From: Ktedonobacterales bacterium
Lineage (GTDB): Bacteria; Chloroflexota; Ktedonobacteria; Ktedonobacterales; JADMIN01
DNA: 32,000 nucleotides
Assembly (NCBI GenBank): GCA_030167145.1
Contig: CP126532.1
Coordinates: 2,070,001-2,102,000 of the forward strand
Direction of reading: 5' to 3'
How positions within the stretch are numbered: the stretch's first letter is position 1; each line of letters begins with the position of its first letter. The notes beneath the pieces are model-generated. The model did not search any database and was not told the DNA's origin. It saw nothing but the letters and a program-made list of their open reading frames with translations. Positions 17,517 through 25,438 of this stretch are shown one piece after another. The position numbers and the translations under genes were made by a program.

Positions 17517-17546
17517 AGTATAGGTTCCGGGCGGTTCGGCTGTCAA
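17517..17546 (-). promoter_or_regulatory. Candidate sigma70-type promoter for the 670-aa MFS-like gene
   Basis: The minus strand reads TTGACA (17546-17541), an 18-nt spacer, then TATACT (17522-17517), about 90 nt upstream of the ATG at 17429. A 7-bp inverted repeat GAACCGC/GCGGTTC spans the spacer and -10 region. Confidence 0.35.
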
Positions 17547-17595
17547 TTTGGCTGACCCGAAAGGGCGCATTAGAGCGAGCTGGCAGGGCAGGTAG

Positions 17596-18093
17596 TCACT
17601 GCATCATGTAGGGGCCGGAGTTGGGATTGTAGGGGTCGTTGGAGGGCGGCAAGGTGCCCGGCGATGTGGGATAGCCAGGGTTGGTCAGTTCGCTCACCGG
17701 GCGCCATGTCTGGCCATCCCACCAGTAGTTACCATCGGGGGAACGTTGAGGGTTGAGTTGCCCGCTCGGCGCGCCAGGGTAGCCGTAGGCGGGCTGTGGC
17801 GCGGCGAGTTGGCCGCTGACCGCGCCGCCATAGCCGGGTTGTGTGCCGGCGAGACTGATGACGACCATCTGGTCGCTTTCCGCCGCGTAGACGATGAGAT
17901 AGATGAGCAGCGGCAGGAGGCAGAAGAGAAAGCCGATGACGGCCCAAAGGACAGAGAATTCCTTGCGCTTGGACATGGTGACGCTGGTGGGTGTGCGGTT
18001 GGCGACGACGAACCCCTGGGCGATGTAGCTGGATACCATCGTGTCAATATCTTGCTGGGTTGGCGCCTGAAGGTTCATTACTCGTGTAGCCAT
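17596..18093 (-). CDS. Hypothetical single/bitopic membrane protein with Pro/Gly/Tyr-rich tail and WWDG-x-x-W motif
   Basis: 165 aa, with SD AAGGGAG upstream. Small N-terminal domain (YIAQGFVVANRTPTSVTM), a TM (VLWAVIGFLFCLLPLLIYLIVY), then a disordered PGY-rich tail containing DGNYWWDGQTWRP (DUF2510-like motif). Confidence 0.55.
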   Translation of the reverse strand: MATRVMNLQAPTQQDIDTMVSSYIAQGFVVANRTPTSVTMSKRKEFSVLWAVIGFLFCLLPLLIYLIVYAAESDQMVVISLAGTQPGYGGAVSGQLAAPQPAYGYPGAPSGQLNPQRSPDGNYWWDGQTWRPVSELTNPGYPTSPGTLPPSNDPYNPNSGPYMMQ

Positions 18094-18114
18094 CGCGGGT
18101 GCTCCCTTTGTGTA

Positions 18115-18477
18115 CTAGTTGCGTACTAGTCGTTCGCGTGTGCCCGCCAGAAGCAGCGTCAGTTGACGCAGATACCAGAGACTTGCCAGCGCCAGCGCGG
18201 CGGGCGCGAACGGATGCGCGCGAAAGGCGGCGCGCGGGTCGCCATGTAGCAGGTGTCCCGTGGCGGTGGTGAAACCGCAGAGTGGGCAGCGATGCCCGGT
18301 GAGCCGCCGGAACGGGCAGAGCACTGGCAGCGAGCGCCCCTGCTGTGAGCGCCCGTGCGCGTAGAGCGCGAATGCGCCATAGAGGACGGACAGCACCCCA
18401 AACAGTGAGAGCTTGAGCGTTGCGGAATCTAGCTCATGCGGCTGTTCGAGGGCAAGAACCGCGGATCTAGCTTGCAT
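18115..18477 (-). CDS. DUF2752 domain membrane protein
   Basis: CPFRRLTGHRCPLCGFTTA...LLHGDPRAAFRAHP matches the DUF2752 CP...G..CPxCG.TRA...G motif. Candidate starts at 18477 or 18489. The track ORF (to 18855) is over-extended into the amidohydrolase 3' end. Confidence 0.65.
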   Translation of the reverse strand: MQARSAVLALEQPHELDSATLKLSLFGVLSVLYGAFALYAHGRSQQGRSLPVLCPFRRLTGHRCPLCGFTTATGHLLHGDPRAAFRAHPFAPAALALASLWYLRQLTLLLAGTRERLVRN

Positions 18478-18629
18478 AGGACATCTCATCTCGCATCCAC
18501 TGGGCGCGCCCGACGCGGCTTGCTGGGCGGTAGAGAGAAGATACCATGGATGGTAGTGACCGTCAAGCATGGGGTATACGGCCTGTAATAGGCATTGCGC
18601 GTGAATTGCATCAACACTGGATGCCGCAT

Positions 18630-19940
18630 CTAGCCAGCGTGTGGCTCTGGCAGGCCGCAGCAGAGCCACGCGCCAGCCAGCAGGGATTCGGGGATGCCGT
18701 CGGCGTTGATGAACGGCGGGCGGGCGACGATTTTGCCATCTTGCATGACGAGGGCGATGTTGCGCCGGTCGGCCAGCGTGCGCAGGTTCGCCAGCGGATT
18801 CGCGGTGACGACGATGAGATCGGCGACTTTGCCCGGCTCCAGCGTTCCGAGCCACGAATCCCAGCCAAGCGCACGGGCGGCGCTGACGGTGGCAGCGACG
18901 ATAGCCTGCATCGGCGAGAGGCCCGCCTCGGCCATCCAGACCAGTTCCATGGCGTTTTCGCCGTGGAAGTTGTAGGGTGTCGCGGCATCGGTGCCCATGG
19001 CAATGGGCACGCCCAGTTCAAGCGCGCGGCGCACGCTTTTCAGCGCGTCCTCTTGCGTCGCTTGCATCTTCTCGTGAATCCAGTCGGGGACGCCGGGGCG
19101 GTCGCCGGAGAGCAGATCGAAGCCGGTCTTCAGCGTCGGCACCAGATAGATACCGCGCTCGGCCATCTCGGCCATGGTGCGCTCGTCCTGATGCAGGTAG
19201 GTGCCGTGCTCGATAGTTCGCACGCCCGCCGCGACGGCGTTGCGGATGCCCTGGATGCCGTGGGCGTGGGCCGCGACGGGCTTACCCAGCTTCGCCGCTT
19301 CTTCCACCGCGACGCGCAACTCATCGGGACCGTACTGCACGGCGCCGGGCCGCTCGCCAGGCGTCAGCACCGCGCCGGTGGCCAGCACCTTGATCCAGTC
19401 CGCACCCGCCTTGAGTTGCTCGCGCGCCGCTTTGCGCACCTCGTCTGGTCCATCGGCCTCGCGATACATGCCATCGTAGTATTCCGTGCCCGCTGAGGTG
19501 ATCGAGAGTAGTTTGCCAGAGAGCGCCATACGCGGCCCCGCCCATAGGCCCGCCTGGATTGCCTGGCGCACGGCGAACTCCAGTCCGTGCCGCCCGCCCA
19601 CGTCGCGCACCGTGGTGATGCCCGCCGCCAGCGTGTTCTGGGCATGCTTGAGCATCAGCAGCGCCGACCAGCCCTGATCGCCTTGCAGCTTGCTATCTGC
19701 CGCGCCATCCATCGCCAGATGCACATGGCAATCTATCAGCCCTGGCAGCACATAGCGCCCGGTCAGGTCGAGTTCGGTCACTGGCTCGCCTGGTTGCGCC
19801 TGCCAGCCCGCAGCATCGCCCGCGTAGACGATGCGGCCAGCGCGGATGGCCAGCAGTGCATGCTCTAGCGGCGCGCGGCCTGTGCCGTCTAGCAGTGTCA
19901 TGCCGCGCAAGACTGCGGTTTCCGCTACTTTCTCCACCAT
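18630..19940 (-). CDS. Amidohydrolase family metallohydrolase (imidazolonepropionase/prolidase-like)
   Basis: MTLLDGTG...GRIVYAG...LPGLIDCHVHL (HxH metal site), KVLATGAV, AAHAHG, IEHGTYL, GTDA. Start chosen at the ATG at 19940. Alternative ATG at 20045, 4 nt from the upstream stop. Confidence 0.8.
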   Translation of the reverse strand: MVEKVAETAVLRGMTLLDGTGRAPLEHALLAIRAGRIVYAGDAAGWQAQPGEPVTELDLTGRYVLPGLIDCHVHLAMDGAADSKLQGDQGWSALLMLKHAQNTLAAGITTVRDVGGRHGLEFAVRQAIQAGLWAGPRMALSGKLLSITSAGTEYYDGMYREADGPDEVRKAAREQLKAGADWIKVLATGAVLTPGERPGAVQYGPDELRVAVEEAAKLGKPVAAHAHGIQGIRNAVAAGVRTIEHGTYLHQDERTMAEMAERGIYLVPTLKTGFDLLSGDRPGVPDWIHEKMQATQEDALKSVRRALELGVPIAMGTDAATPYNFHGENAMELVWMAEAGLSPMQAIVAATVSAARALGWDSWLGTLEPGKVADLIVVTANPLANLRTLADRRNIALVMQDGKIVARPPFINADGIPESLLAGAWLCCGLPEPHAG

Positions 19941-20049
19941 GATTCGGCTCGCTTCAGATATCAATACGGGGCTGATGCCTGCTGTGAAAACAGATACGCT
20001 TGCGCTGGCTGCGCCCCGCCGTGGTGTGGGCGGCACACTCGCCATGGCT

Positions 20050-20784
20050 TCACGACCAGGGTGAGAGCCAACGCTGATTGATAAGGCGCCCAATGCCCAG
20101 GATACTGGCGACGACGAGGCACAACAGCATACCATATATGAAGCCATCGAGCAGACCGAGGAAGAGTCCAAACAGCGGCCCAAAATCGAGGCCACAGGTG
20201 TGGCTTGGGCACGAGGTTGAATACTCCACAAGATAGGATATGCCCAGGCCTACGCCAAACACCACTCCACTGAGTGGACCCAACCAGATCGCGACATATC
20301 CGGGCGGTGGCGCCGCCTGCGACGCGCGCCCCTGCGTGAGAATGCCACTGGCGGCAGCGAATGTCAGCAGAGCGGCGAGGACAATGAGGCTGGTTACGAT
20401 ATCGAGATACCAGCGCATACTAAAAAGATAGGCGCTGCCAGAGAGCAACATCGCGACGAGGAGCATGGTAAGCACTAGACGACGAGTGTCTGGCCACGTG
20501 GCGCCGCGCGACATGGCTCGACCAACTTCGCTCCCTAGTCCCGCGGCGAGCGCCGTAAGCGTTATTGCCACCACCAGGCTGGTGGCTGAAAGTCTGGCGA
20601 ACAAGACGCTCGCGAAGAGCAGAAAGGGCAACGACGGCAGGATAACCCAGCCACACAATCCACCGATCAGTGCGCCGAAGACGCCATAGACACTGATGCG
20701 GGCACCGATGATCGCTACCCTCTGCATCGGCTGTTTCCTTGGAACAGATGTCACCTCAGCGGGAACGCGTTCTCCAGGCGGCAT
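20050..20784 (-). CDS. Hypothetical polytopic membrane protein
   Basis: 244-aa ORF with about 6-7 hydrophobic helices, co-directional with and abutting the amidohydrolase gene. No recognisable family motif. Alternative start at 20727. Confidence 0.45.
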   Translation of the reverse strand: MPPGERVPAEVTSVPRKQPMQRVAIIGARISVYGVFGALIGGLCGWVILPSLPFLLFASVLFARLSATSLVVAITLTALAAGLGSEVGRAMSRGATWPDTRRLVLTMLLVAMLLSGSAYLFSMRWYLDIVTSLIVLAALLTFAAASGILTQGRASQAAPPPGYVAIWLGPLSGVVFGVGLGISYLVEYSTSCPSHTCGLDFGPLFGLFLGLLDGFIYGMLLCLVVASILGIGRLINQRWLSPWS

Positions 20785-20928
20785 AGACAGCTCCAGGCAG
20801 CATAGACATCTCTACGAAGCCACCTCGCCTCGTAGCGGACCAATGCCGCATGCAGATAGTATGGGCCATAGGGCGCAGAAGGCAAGAGGAGACTGGGGCA
20901 TATCCCGTTAGAGCCTGTCAGGAAACGC

Positions 20929-21185
20929 TCAGTGGCGGGCGAGGTGGCGCAGCATCAGGCGCGACATCGCAATGTAGATGAGTGCCTGGGTGGTCGCCGC
21001 CAATCGTTCCTAGTCTTTCGCCAAGCGACGGTAGCGCCCCAACCAGGCGAAGGTGCGCTCAACGACCCAGCGCCGCATCATCAAAGATAGTGGCAGGTGG
21101 TATGCTGGTTTCATCGCGGCCCAGCGCGCCCGCCACACCCAGACACACCAGCGGATACCGGGCGCATCGTAGCATCCGGCGTGAA
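20929..21185 (-). pseudogene. IS5-family (DDE_Tnp_1) transposase C-terminal remnant with an in-frame TAG (21010-21012)
   Basis: The minus strand reads ...GCYDAPGIR...MMRRWVVERTFAWLGRYRRLAKD-TAG-ERLAATTQALIYIAMSRLMLRHLARH-TGA. RWVVERTFAWL.R.RRL.KDYE...A.IY.AM.RLML is the conserved IS5-type C-terminus, and the TAG replaces the Tyr of KDYE. The N-terminal ~3/4 of the transposase is missing. Confidence 0.65.
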
Positions 21186-21202
21186 GAGAGGGAGCGAGCC
21201 AT

Positions 21203-22345
21203 ATGGCCGGCGTCACATTCGAGCATGTCACCAAGTGGTATAGCGAGCATACACCTGTGATCCAGGACCTCAATCTGCAGATACGCGACCATGAGTTCCT
21301 GGTGCTGGTTGGCCCGTCGGGTTGCGGCAAATCCACTGCGCTGCGGATGATCGCGGGGCTGGAAGAGGTGAGTGAGGGCGACCTCTACATCGGCGAACGC
21401 CGGGTGAACGAGGTCGCGCCCAAGGACCGCGACATTGCGATGGTCTTCCAGAATTACGCGCTGTATCCGCACATGTCAGTGTATGACAACATGGCCTTCT
21501 CGCTGACGCTGCGGCATGTCAACAAGTCTGAGATCGAGCAGCGTGTACGCAAAGCGGCGCAGATGCTAGGGATTACCGACTTCCTGGGGCGTAAGCCGCG
21601 CCAGCTTTCAGGCGGGCAGCGCCAACGGGTGGCGCTTGGTCGCGCGCTGGTGCGCGAGCCGCAGGTCTTCTTGCTGGATGAGCCGCTCTCGAATCTGGAT
21701 GCCAAGCTGCGTGTGCAGACGCGGGCGGAAATCAGCCGCCTGCACCAGACGACACAGACCACGTTCGTGTATGTGACGCACGATCAGGTGGAGGCGATGA
21801 CGATGGGCGACCGCATCGCCGTCTTGAATGGGGGGGTGATCCAGCAGTTGGGCACGCCGCAAGACTTGTATGATAGCCCCGCGAACCTCTTTGTCGCGGG
21901 TTTCATTGGCAGCCCTGCGATGGATTTCTTCGACGCGCGGCTCATCCGCCGCGACGGAGGCAATCCCGCAGTCGTTATCAGCGAGAGCGCAGACGCGGCA
22001 ACCATTGCCGTTACGGGACACGCTGCCGGACAGGTTGCAGGGCAGGCTGCCGCCGATGGCCGGAAGGTAGTCGTGGGTATCCGTCCCGAAGGGCTGCATC
22101 TGGCGGGAGCGGATGAGGCTGATACGCTCTCTGGTGTGGTGGAGGTGGTGGAGCATCTGGGCAACGAGCAGCTCGTGTATCTGAAGGTACACGGCGCGCG
22201 GGCCGCGAGCGACGCCGAATCGCAGGGGACCATTGCGCGTCTGCCAGCGGGGGCGGGCGCACAGGTGGGCCAGCGGCTGACGCTGGCGGTGGATACCGCG
22301 AAGCTGCACATCTTCGATCCCGCCAGCAGCAAACGTTTCATCTGA
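21203..22345 (+). CDS. ABC transporter ATP-binding protein, carbohydrate-import type (MalK/UgpC/MsmX-like), not adjacent to permease genes
   Basis: Walker [11 protein letters not shown]-loop, signature LSGGQRQR, Walker [10 protein letters not shown]-loop VTHD, and a C-terminal MalK-type regulatory/TOBE-like domain. SD GAGGGAG upstream. Confidence 0.9.
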   Translation: MAGVTFEHVTKWYSEHTPVIQDLNLQIRDHEFLVLVGPSGCGKSTALRMIAGLEEVSEGDLYIGERRVNEVAPKDRDIAMVFQNYALYPHMSVYDNMAFSLTLRHVNKSEIEQRVRKAAQMLGITDFLGRKPRQLSGGQRQRVALGRALVREPQVFLLDEPLSNLDAKLRVQTRAEISRLHQTTQTTFVYVTHDQVEAMTMGDRIAVLNGGVIQQLGTPQDLYDSPANLFVAGFIGSPAMDFFDARLIRRDGGNPAVVISESADAATIAVTGHAAGQVAGQAAADGRKVVVGIRPEGLHLAGADEADTLSGVVEVVEHLGNEQLVYLKVHGARAASDAESQGTIARLPAGAGAQVGQRLTLAVDTAKLHIFDPASSKRFI

Positions 22346-22440
22346 CCTAGCCCCAACATCTTCATCTGCTTCGGCAACATACTGCGGAGACCCGCGCTCT
22401 CCCCAACGTCCGTTGGCGGACTTCGCGACCGCAGATCTTC

Positions 22441-22465
22441 GTAGGGCGTCCGGTGGACGCCCGCC
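22441..22465. repeat. GC-rich palindromic repeat, copy 1 (core GGGCGTCC-GGT-GGACGCCC)
   Basis: GTAGGGCGTCCGGTGGACGCCCGC, with an 8-bp stem and 3-nt loop at 22444-22462. The reverse complement recurs at 26708-26733. Confidence 0.7.
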
Positions 22466-22604
22466 GCGCGATTTCAAGCACTCGCACGGCCTTGCTTCGC
22501 CGACCGTCTTCTCGCGTGGAGGCTGCGCCGTGTTACGCTACCTCGCAAGGACATGCGATTCGCGTGACCTGTTCCCCAGCTACAACACCACCCTTCCCCA
22601 CACG

Positions 22605-22613
22605 TGGTATAAT
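22605..22613 (+). promoter_or_regulatory. Candidate extended -10 promoter element (TGgTATAAT) for the nadBCA operon
   Basis: TGGTATAAT read directly at 22605-22613. It is the only consensus TATAAT in the 450-nt gene-free region and lies about 190 nt upstream of the nadB ATG. There is no good -35, which is acceptable with an extended -10. Confidence 0.4.
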
Positions 22614-22627
22614 CCCTTCAACGGGAG

Positions 22628-22649
22628 TTAGTGTATGTTGTACACCTAA
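22628..22649. promoter_or_regulatory. Imperfect palindrome TTAGTGTA-tgttg-TACACCTAA just downstream of the candidate -10 (operator or first leader hairpin)
   Basis: Read directly. The arms are complementary apart from one extra C. It sits at about +8 to +30 relative to the predicted transcription start. Confidence 0.3.
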
Positions 22650-22798
22650 CACGAACTCAACCGCGTGCAGGGCGCTGCTGGCCCGCGAAACACGATTTAC
22701 GGTGTCCGTTGCGATTCCGCGCCCCGATGTGGCGCGCACTCTCTATGGTGGGAGAGGAAGCCAGAGAGCGGGATTCCCGCTCGTATGAGGAGGCCAGC

Positions 22799-24514
22799 AT
22801 GACCCAGGCCCCAAACACCAATTTTCAATGCGATGTCGCCATTCTTGGCGGGGGCATCGCTGGACTTTCCGTTGCGCTCTCGCTACCGCCAGAGTTGCGC
22901 GTCGCGCTGATCACCAAAGGCGCGCTTGGCGAGAGCAATACACGCTATGCTCAGGGCGGCCTCGCCGCCGCCGTCGGTATGGATGACAACCCCGAACTGC
23001 ACCTGCGCGATACACTCGCCGCCGGGGCGGGCCTCGTAGATGAGACTGCTGCTCGTGTGCTGGTTACGGAAGCGGGCGACGCCGTTGCCTGGCTGATTGC
23101 TGAGGGCACGCGCTTCGATCCGCGCGGCGCATATGACCACTTTGACCATGCCAGCGCACCTGAATCAGCCACGTCCACAGACGAGGGCGCCACGGGCGCG
23201 ACGCTGGCCACGCGCTACGACCTCACGCGCGAGGCAGCGCACAGCCGCAGGCGCGTGCTGCATGCCGGCGATGCGACCGGCGCGGAGATCGAGCGCGCCC
23301 TTGTCGAAGCGGTGCGCGCTCGCCCAAGCACCACGGTGTTCGATAACACATTCGCGCTTGAATTGCTTACCGAAGATGGCGCGTGCGTGGGCGTGGAATT
23401 GGTGCGCGAGGGCGGGCGCATACTTGTTTTCGCTGGGCGTGGGGTTGTGCTGGCGAATGGCGGCGCGGGGCGGCTCTGGCTGCGCACGTCGAATCCGCCG
23501 GGGGCGACGGCTGATGGGTTGGCGCTGGCGTGGCGCGCGGGTGCGGCGCTGGCGGACCTCGAATTCGTGCAGTTCCATCCTACGGTGCTCGTGCCGCCGA
23601 CGCCGGATGGCGAGCCGTTCCTCGTCTCGGAGGCGGTGCGAGGTGAGGGCGCGCATCTGCTGAACGCGGCGGGCGAGCGCTTCATGACACGCTATGCGCC
23701 CGAGGCTGAACTTGCGCCCCGCGATGTCGTCGCCCGCGCAATTCTGAGCGAGATGCTGGCCGAGGGGGCGCCCAGCGCTTTCCTCGATCTGCGGCACCTG
23801 CCCGCCGATGAGGTGCATGCGCGCTTTCCGACTATCGCCGCCGTCTGCCGCCGCTATGGCCTCGACCTTGCACGCGACCTGATTCCCGTTGCCCCCGCCG
23901 CGCACTACTTCATGGGCGGCGTCGTCACCGACACGTGGGGCCGCACCACCGTTCCAGGCCTTTACGCCGTGGGTGAAGCCGCCTGCACCGGCGTCCACGG
24001 GGCGAACCGGCTCGCCAGCAATTCGCTGCTGGAAGGGCTGGTCTTTGGCCGGCGTGCCGCGCGCCTGCTCGCGGATGAGCGCCCAACAAGTGACTGGCCG
24101 CGCGTGCCCGCGCTCTCTGGCGAGGCGATAGCCCTGCCCGAAGGCGTGAGTGTGCTGCCAGCTATACTCGATGCACCGGTCGCGGAGGAGGTTCGCCGCG
24201 CGCTGCAACGCATCATGTGGGAGCGCGTCTCGCTGCGCCGTGATGCCGCTGGGTTGGCTGCCGCGCTGCATGAGTTGCGCGCGCTGGCCGTGTCGGGTCC
24301 GTTCGATGCCGAAACGGCGAATATGCTCTTTGCCGCGCAGGCGATTACCGCCGCCGCGCTGGTCCGCCGCGAGAGCCGTGGCGGGCACTACCGCGAAGAT
24401 TATCCTGACCGCGACGCCGCACACGATGGGCAGCACACACTGCTGCTGCCATCTGGGGCTGACTTGCGCGCCGCACCCGCAGAGGAAGGAGCTGCAACCT
24501 ATGCCCACGCCTGA
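22799..24514 (+). CDS. nadB: L-aspartate oxidase
   Basis: FAD fold DVAILGGGIAGLS, RYAQGG, succinate-dehydrogenase/fumarate-reductase-like flavoprotein blocks (HPT..., GEAACTGVHGANRLASNSLLE, SRGGHYRED). SD GAGGAGG 5 nt upstream of the ATG at 22799. In operon with nadC/nadA. Confidence 0.9.
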   Translation: MTQAPNTNFQCDVAILGGGIAGLSVALSLPPELRVALITKGALGESNTRYAQGGLAAAVGMDDNPELHLRDTLAAGAGLVDETAARVLVTEAGDAVAWLIAEGTRFDPRGAYDHFDHASAPESATSTDEGATGATLATRYDLTREAAHSRRRVLHAGDATGAEIERALVEAVRARPSTTVFDNTFALELLTEDGACVGVELVREGGRILVFAGRGVVLANGGAGRLWLRTSNPPGATADGLALAWRAGAALADLEFVQFHPTVLVPPTPDGEPFLVSEAVRGEGAHLLNAAGERFMTRYAPEAELAPRDVVARAILSEMLAEGAPSAFLDLRHLPADEVHARFPTIAAVCRRYGLDLARDLIPVAPAAHYFMGGVVTDTWGRTTVPGLYAVGEAACTGVHGANRLASNSLLEGLVFGRRAARLLADERPTSDWPRVPALSGEAIALPEGVSVLPAILDAPVAEEVRRALQRIMWERVSLRRDAAGLAAALHELRALAVSGPFDAETANMLFAAQAITAAALVRRESRGGHYREDYPDRDAAHDGQHTLLLPSGADLRAAPAEEGAATYAHA

Positions 24515-25391
24515 CATCTCACGTGAGAGCAATCACGCCGCCTTCGATCCGGTCTTCGATGTCGAACTGGTGCGTCGCGCACTGGCCGAGGACATCGGAC
24601 GCGGCGACGTGACTACCGAGGCGACGATCGCGGCGGGCACGCCTGCATCCGCGCGCATTGTCACGCGGGAAGCGGGTGTGGTGGCGGGGCTGCCAGTCGC
24701 GGCGCTGGCCTTCCGCCTGCTCGATCCTCCTGTGCGTTTCGAGCCGCTGGTAGCCGATGGCGCGCGGGTAGAGGCTGGCGCGATACTGGCGCGCGTAGCT
24801 GGTGACGCGCGCGCGCTGCTGACCGTCGAGCGGACGGCACTGAACTTCCTGGGACGGCTTTCCGGCATCGCAACACTCGCCGCGCGCTGCCAGGCCGCCG
24901 TCACGGGGACACGCGCCGCCGTGGTGGATACGCGCAAGACTACGCCGGGGCTGAGGACGCTGGAAAAGTATGCCGTGCGGATGGGCGGCGCGCGCAATCA
25001 CCGCGCCGGACTGGACGATGGCATCCTCATCAAAGATAACCACATCGCCGCCGCTGGTGGAGTGCGCGAGGCTGTCGCCCGCGCACGCGCGCATGCGTCG
25101 CACCTGCTCAAGATCGAAGTGGAGTGCGACAACGAAGCGCAGGTCAGTGAGGCGGTTGAGGCGGGCGCCGATGTGATTCTGCTGGATAACATGCCGCCGA
25201 GCCGCCTGCGCGAAAACGTTATCTGGATTCGTGAACACGCGCCGCGCACACTCATCGAAGCCTCTGGCAACATCGGGGCGGACCCCGAACGGCTGGCCGC
25301 CGTCGCCGCGACTGGCGTTGACCTGATCTCACTTGGCGCGCTGACGCATTCGGCGCCCAATTTTGATGTGTCGCTTGAATTCGATTCGTGA
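24501..25391 (+). CDS. nadC: Nicotinate-nucleotide pyrophosphorylase (quinolinate phosphoribosyltransferase)
   Basis: ALAEDIGRGDVTT, ERTALNFL, VVDTRKTTPGLR..EKYAVR.GG..NHR.GL.D..LIKDNH, IEVE...., ILLDNM. ATG at 24501 behind GAGGAAGGAG, overlapping the nadB end by 14 nt. Confidence 0.9.
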   Translation: MPTPDISRESNHAAFDPVFDVELVRRALAEDIGRGDVTTEATIAAGTPASARIVTREAGVVAGLPVAALAFRLLDPPVRFEPLVADGARVEAGAILARVAGDARALLTVERTALNFLGRLSGIATLAARCQAAVTGTRAAVVDTRKTTPGLRTLEKYAVRMGGARNHRAGLDDGILIKDNHIAAAGGVREAVARARAHASHLLKIEVECDNEAQVSEAVEAGADVILLDNMPPSRLRENVIWIREHAPRTLIEASGNIGADPERLAAVAATGVDLISLGALTHSAPNFDVSLEFDS

Positions 25392-25438
25392 TGTCCGGCA
25401 ACTCCGGCAACTGCACGAGATTTCAGGAGTATCCTCCT

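Noticed and set aside
18112-18130. GTACTAGT-tgc-GTACTAGT direct repeat at the DUF2752 stop codon.
   Set aside because: The repeat is real but short (8 nt x2), and each unit contains a 6-bp palindrome. No function can be inferred, so it is mentioned only under the cluster finding.
22618-22696. Calling the tandem TCAAC-hairpin-AACACGA modules a class I NAD+ riboswitch (nadA motif).
   Set aside because: The gene context and tandem-domain layout fit. However, I cannot find the conserved ACANCCCC-type bulge nucleotides that I recall for that class, and I cannot run a covariance model. It is kept as a hypothesis only, not as a feature call.
22413-22788. Track ORFs 22413-22631(+) and 22453-22788(+), and the extended nadB start at 22631, in the nadB upstream region.
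   Set aside because: They have no SD and no recognisable protein features. They run through the REP-like hairpin, the promoter-like TATAAT and the leader hairpins. nadB has a strong GAGGAGG-ATG at 22799 followed immediately by its FAD-binding motif.
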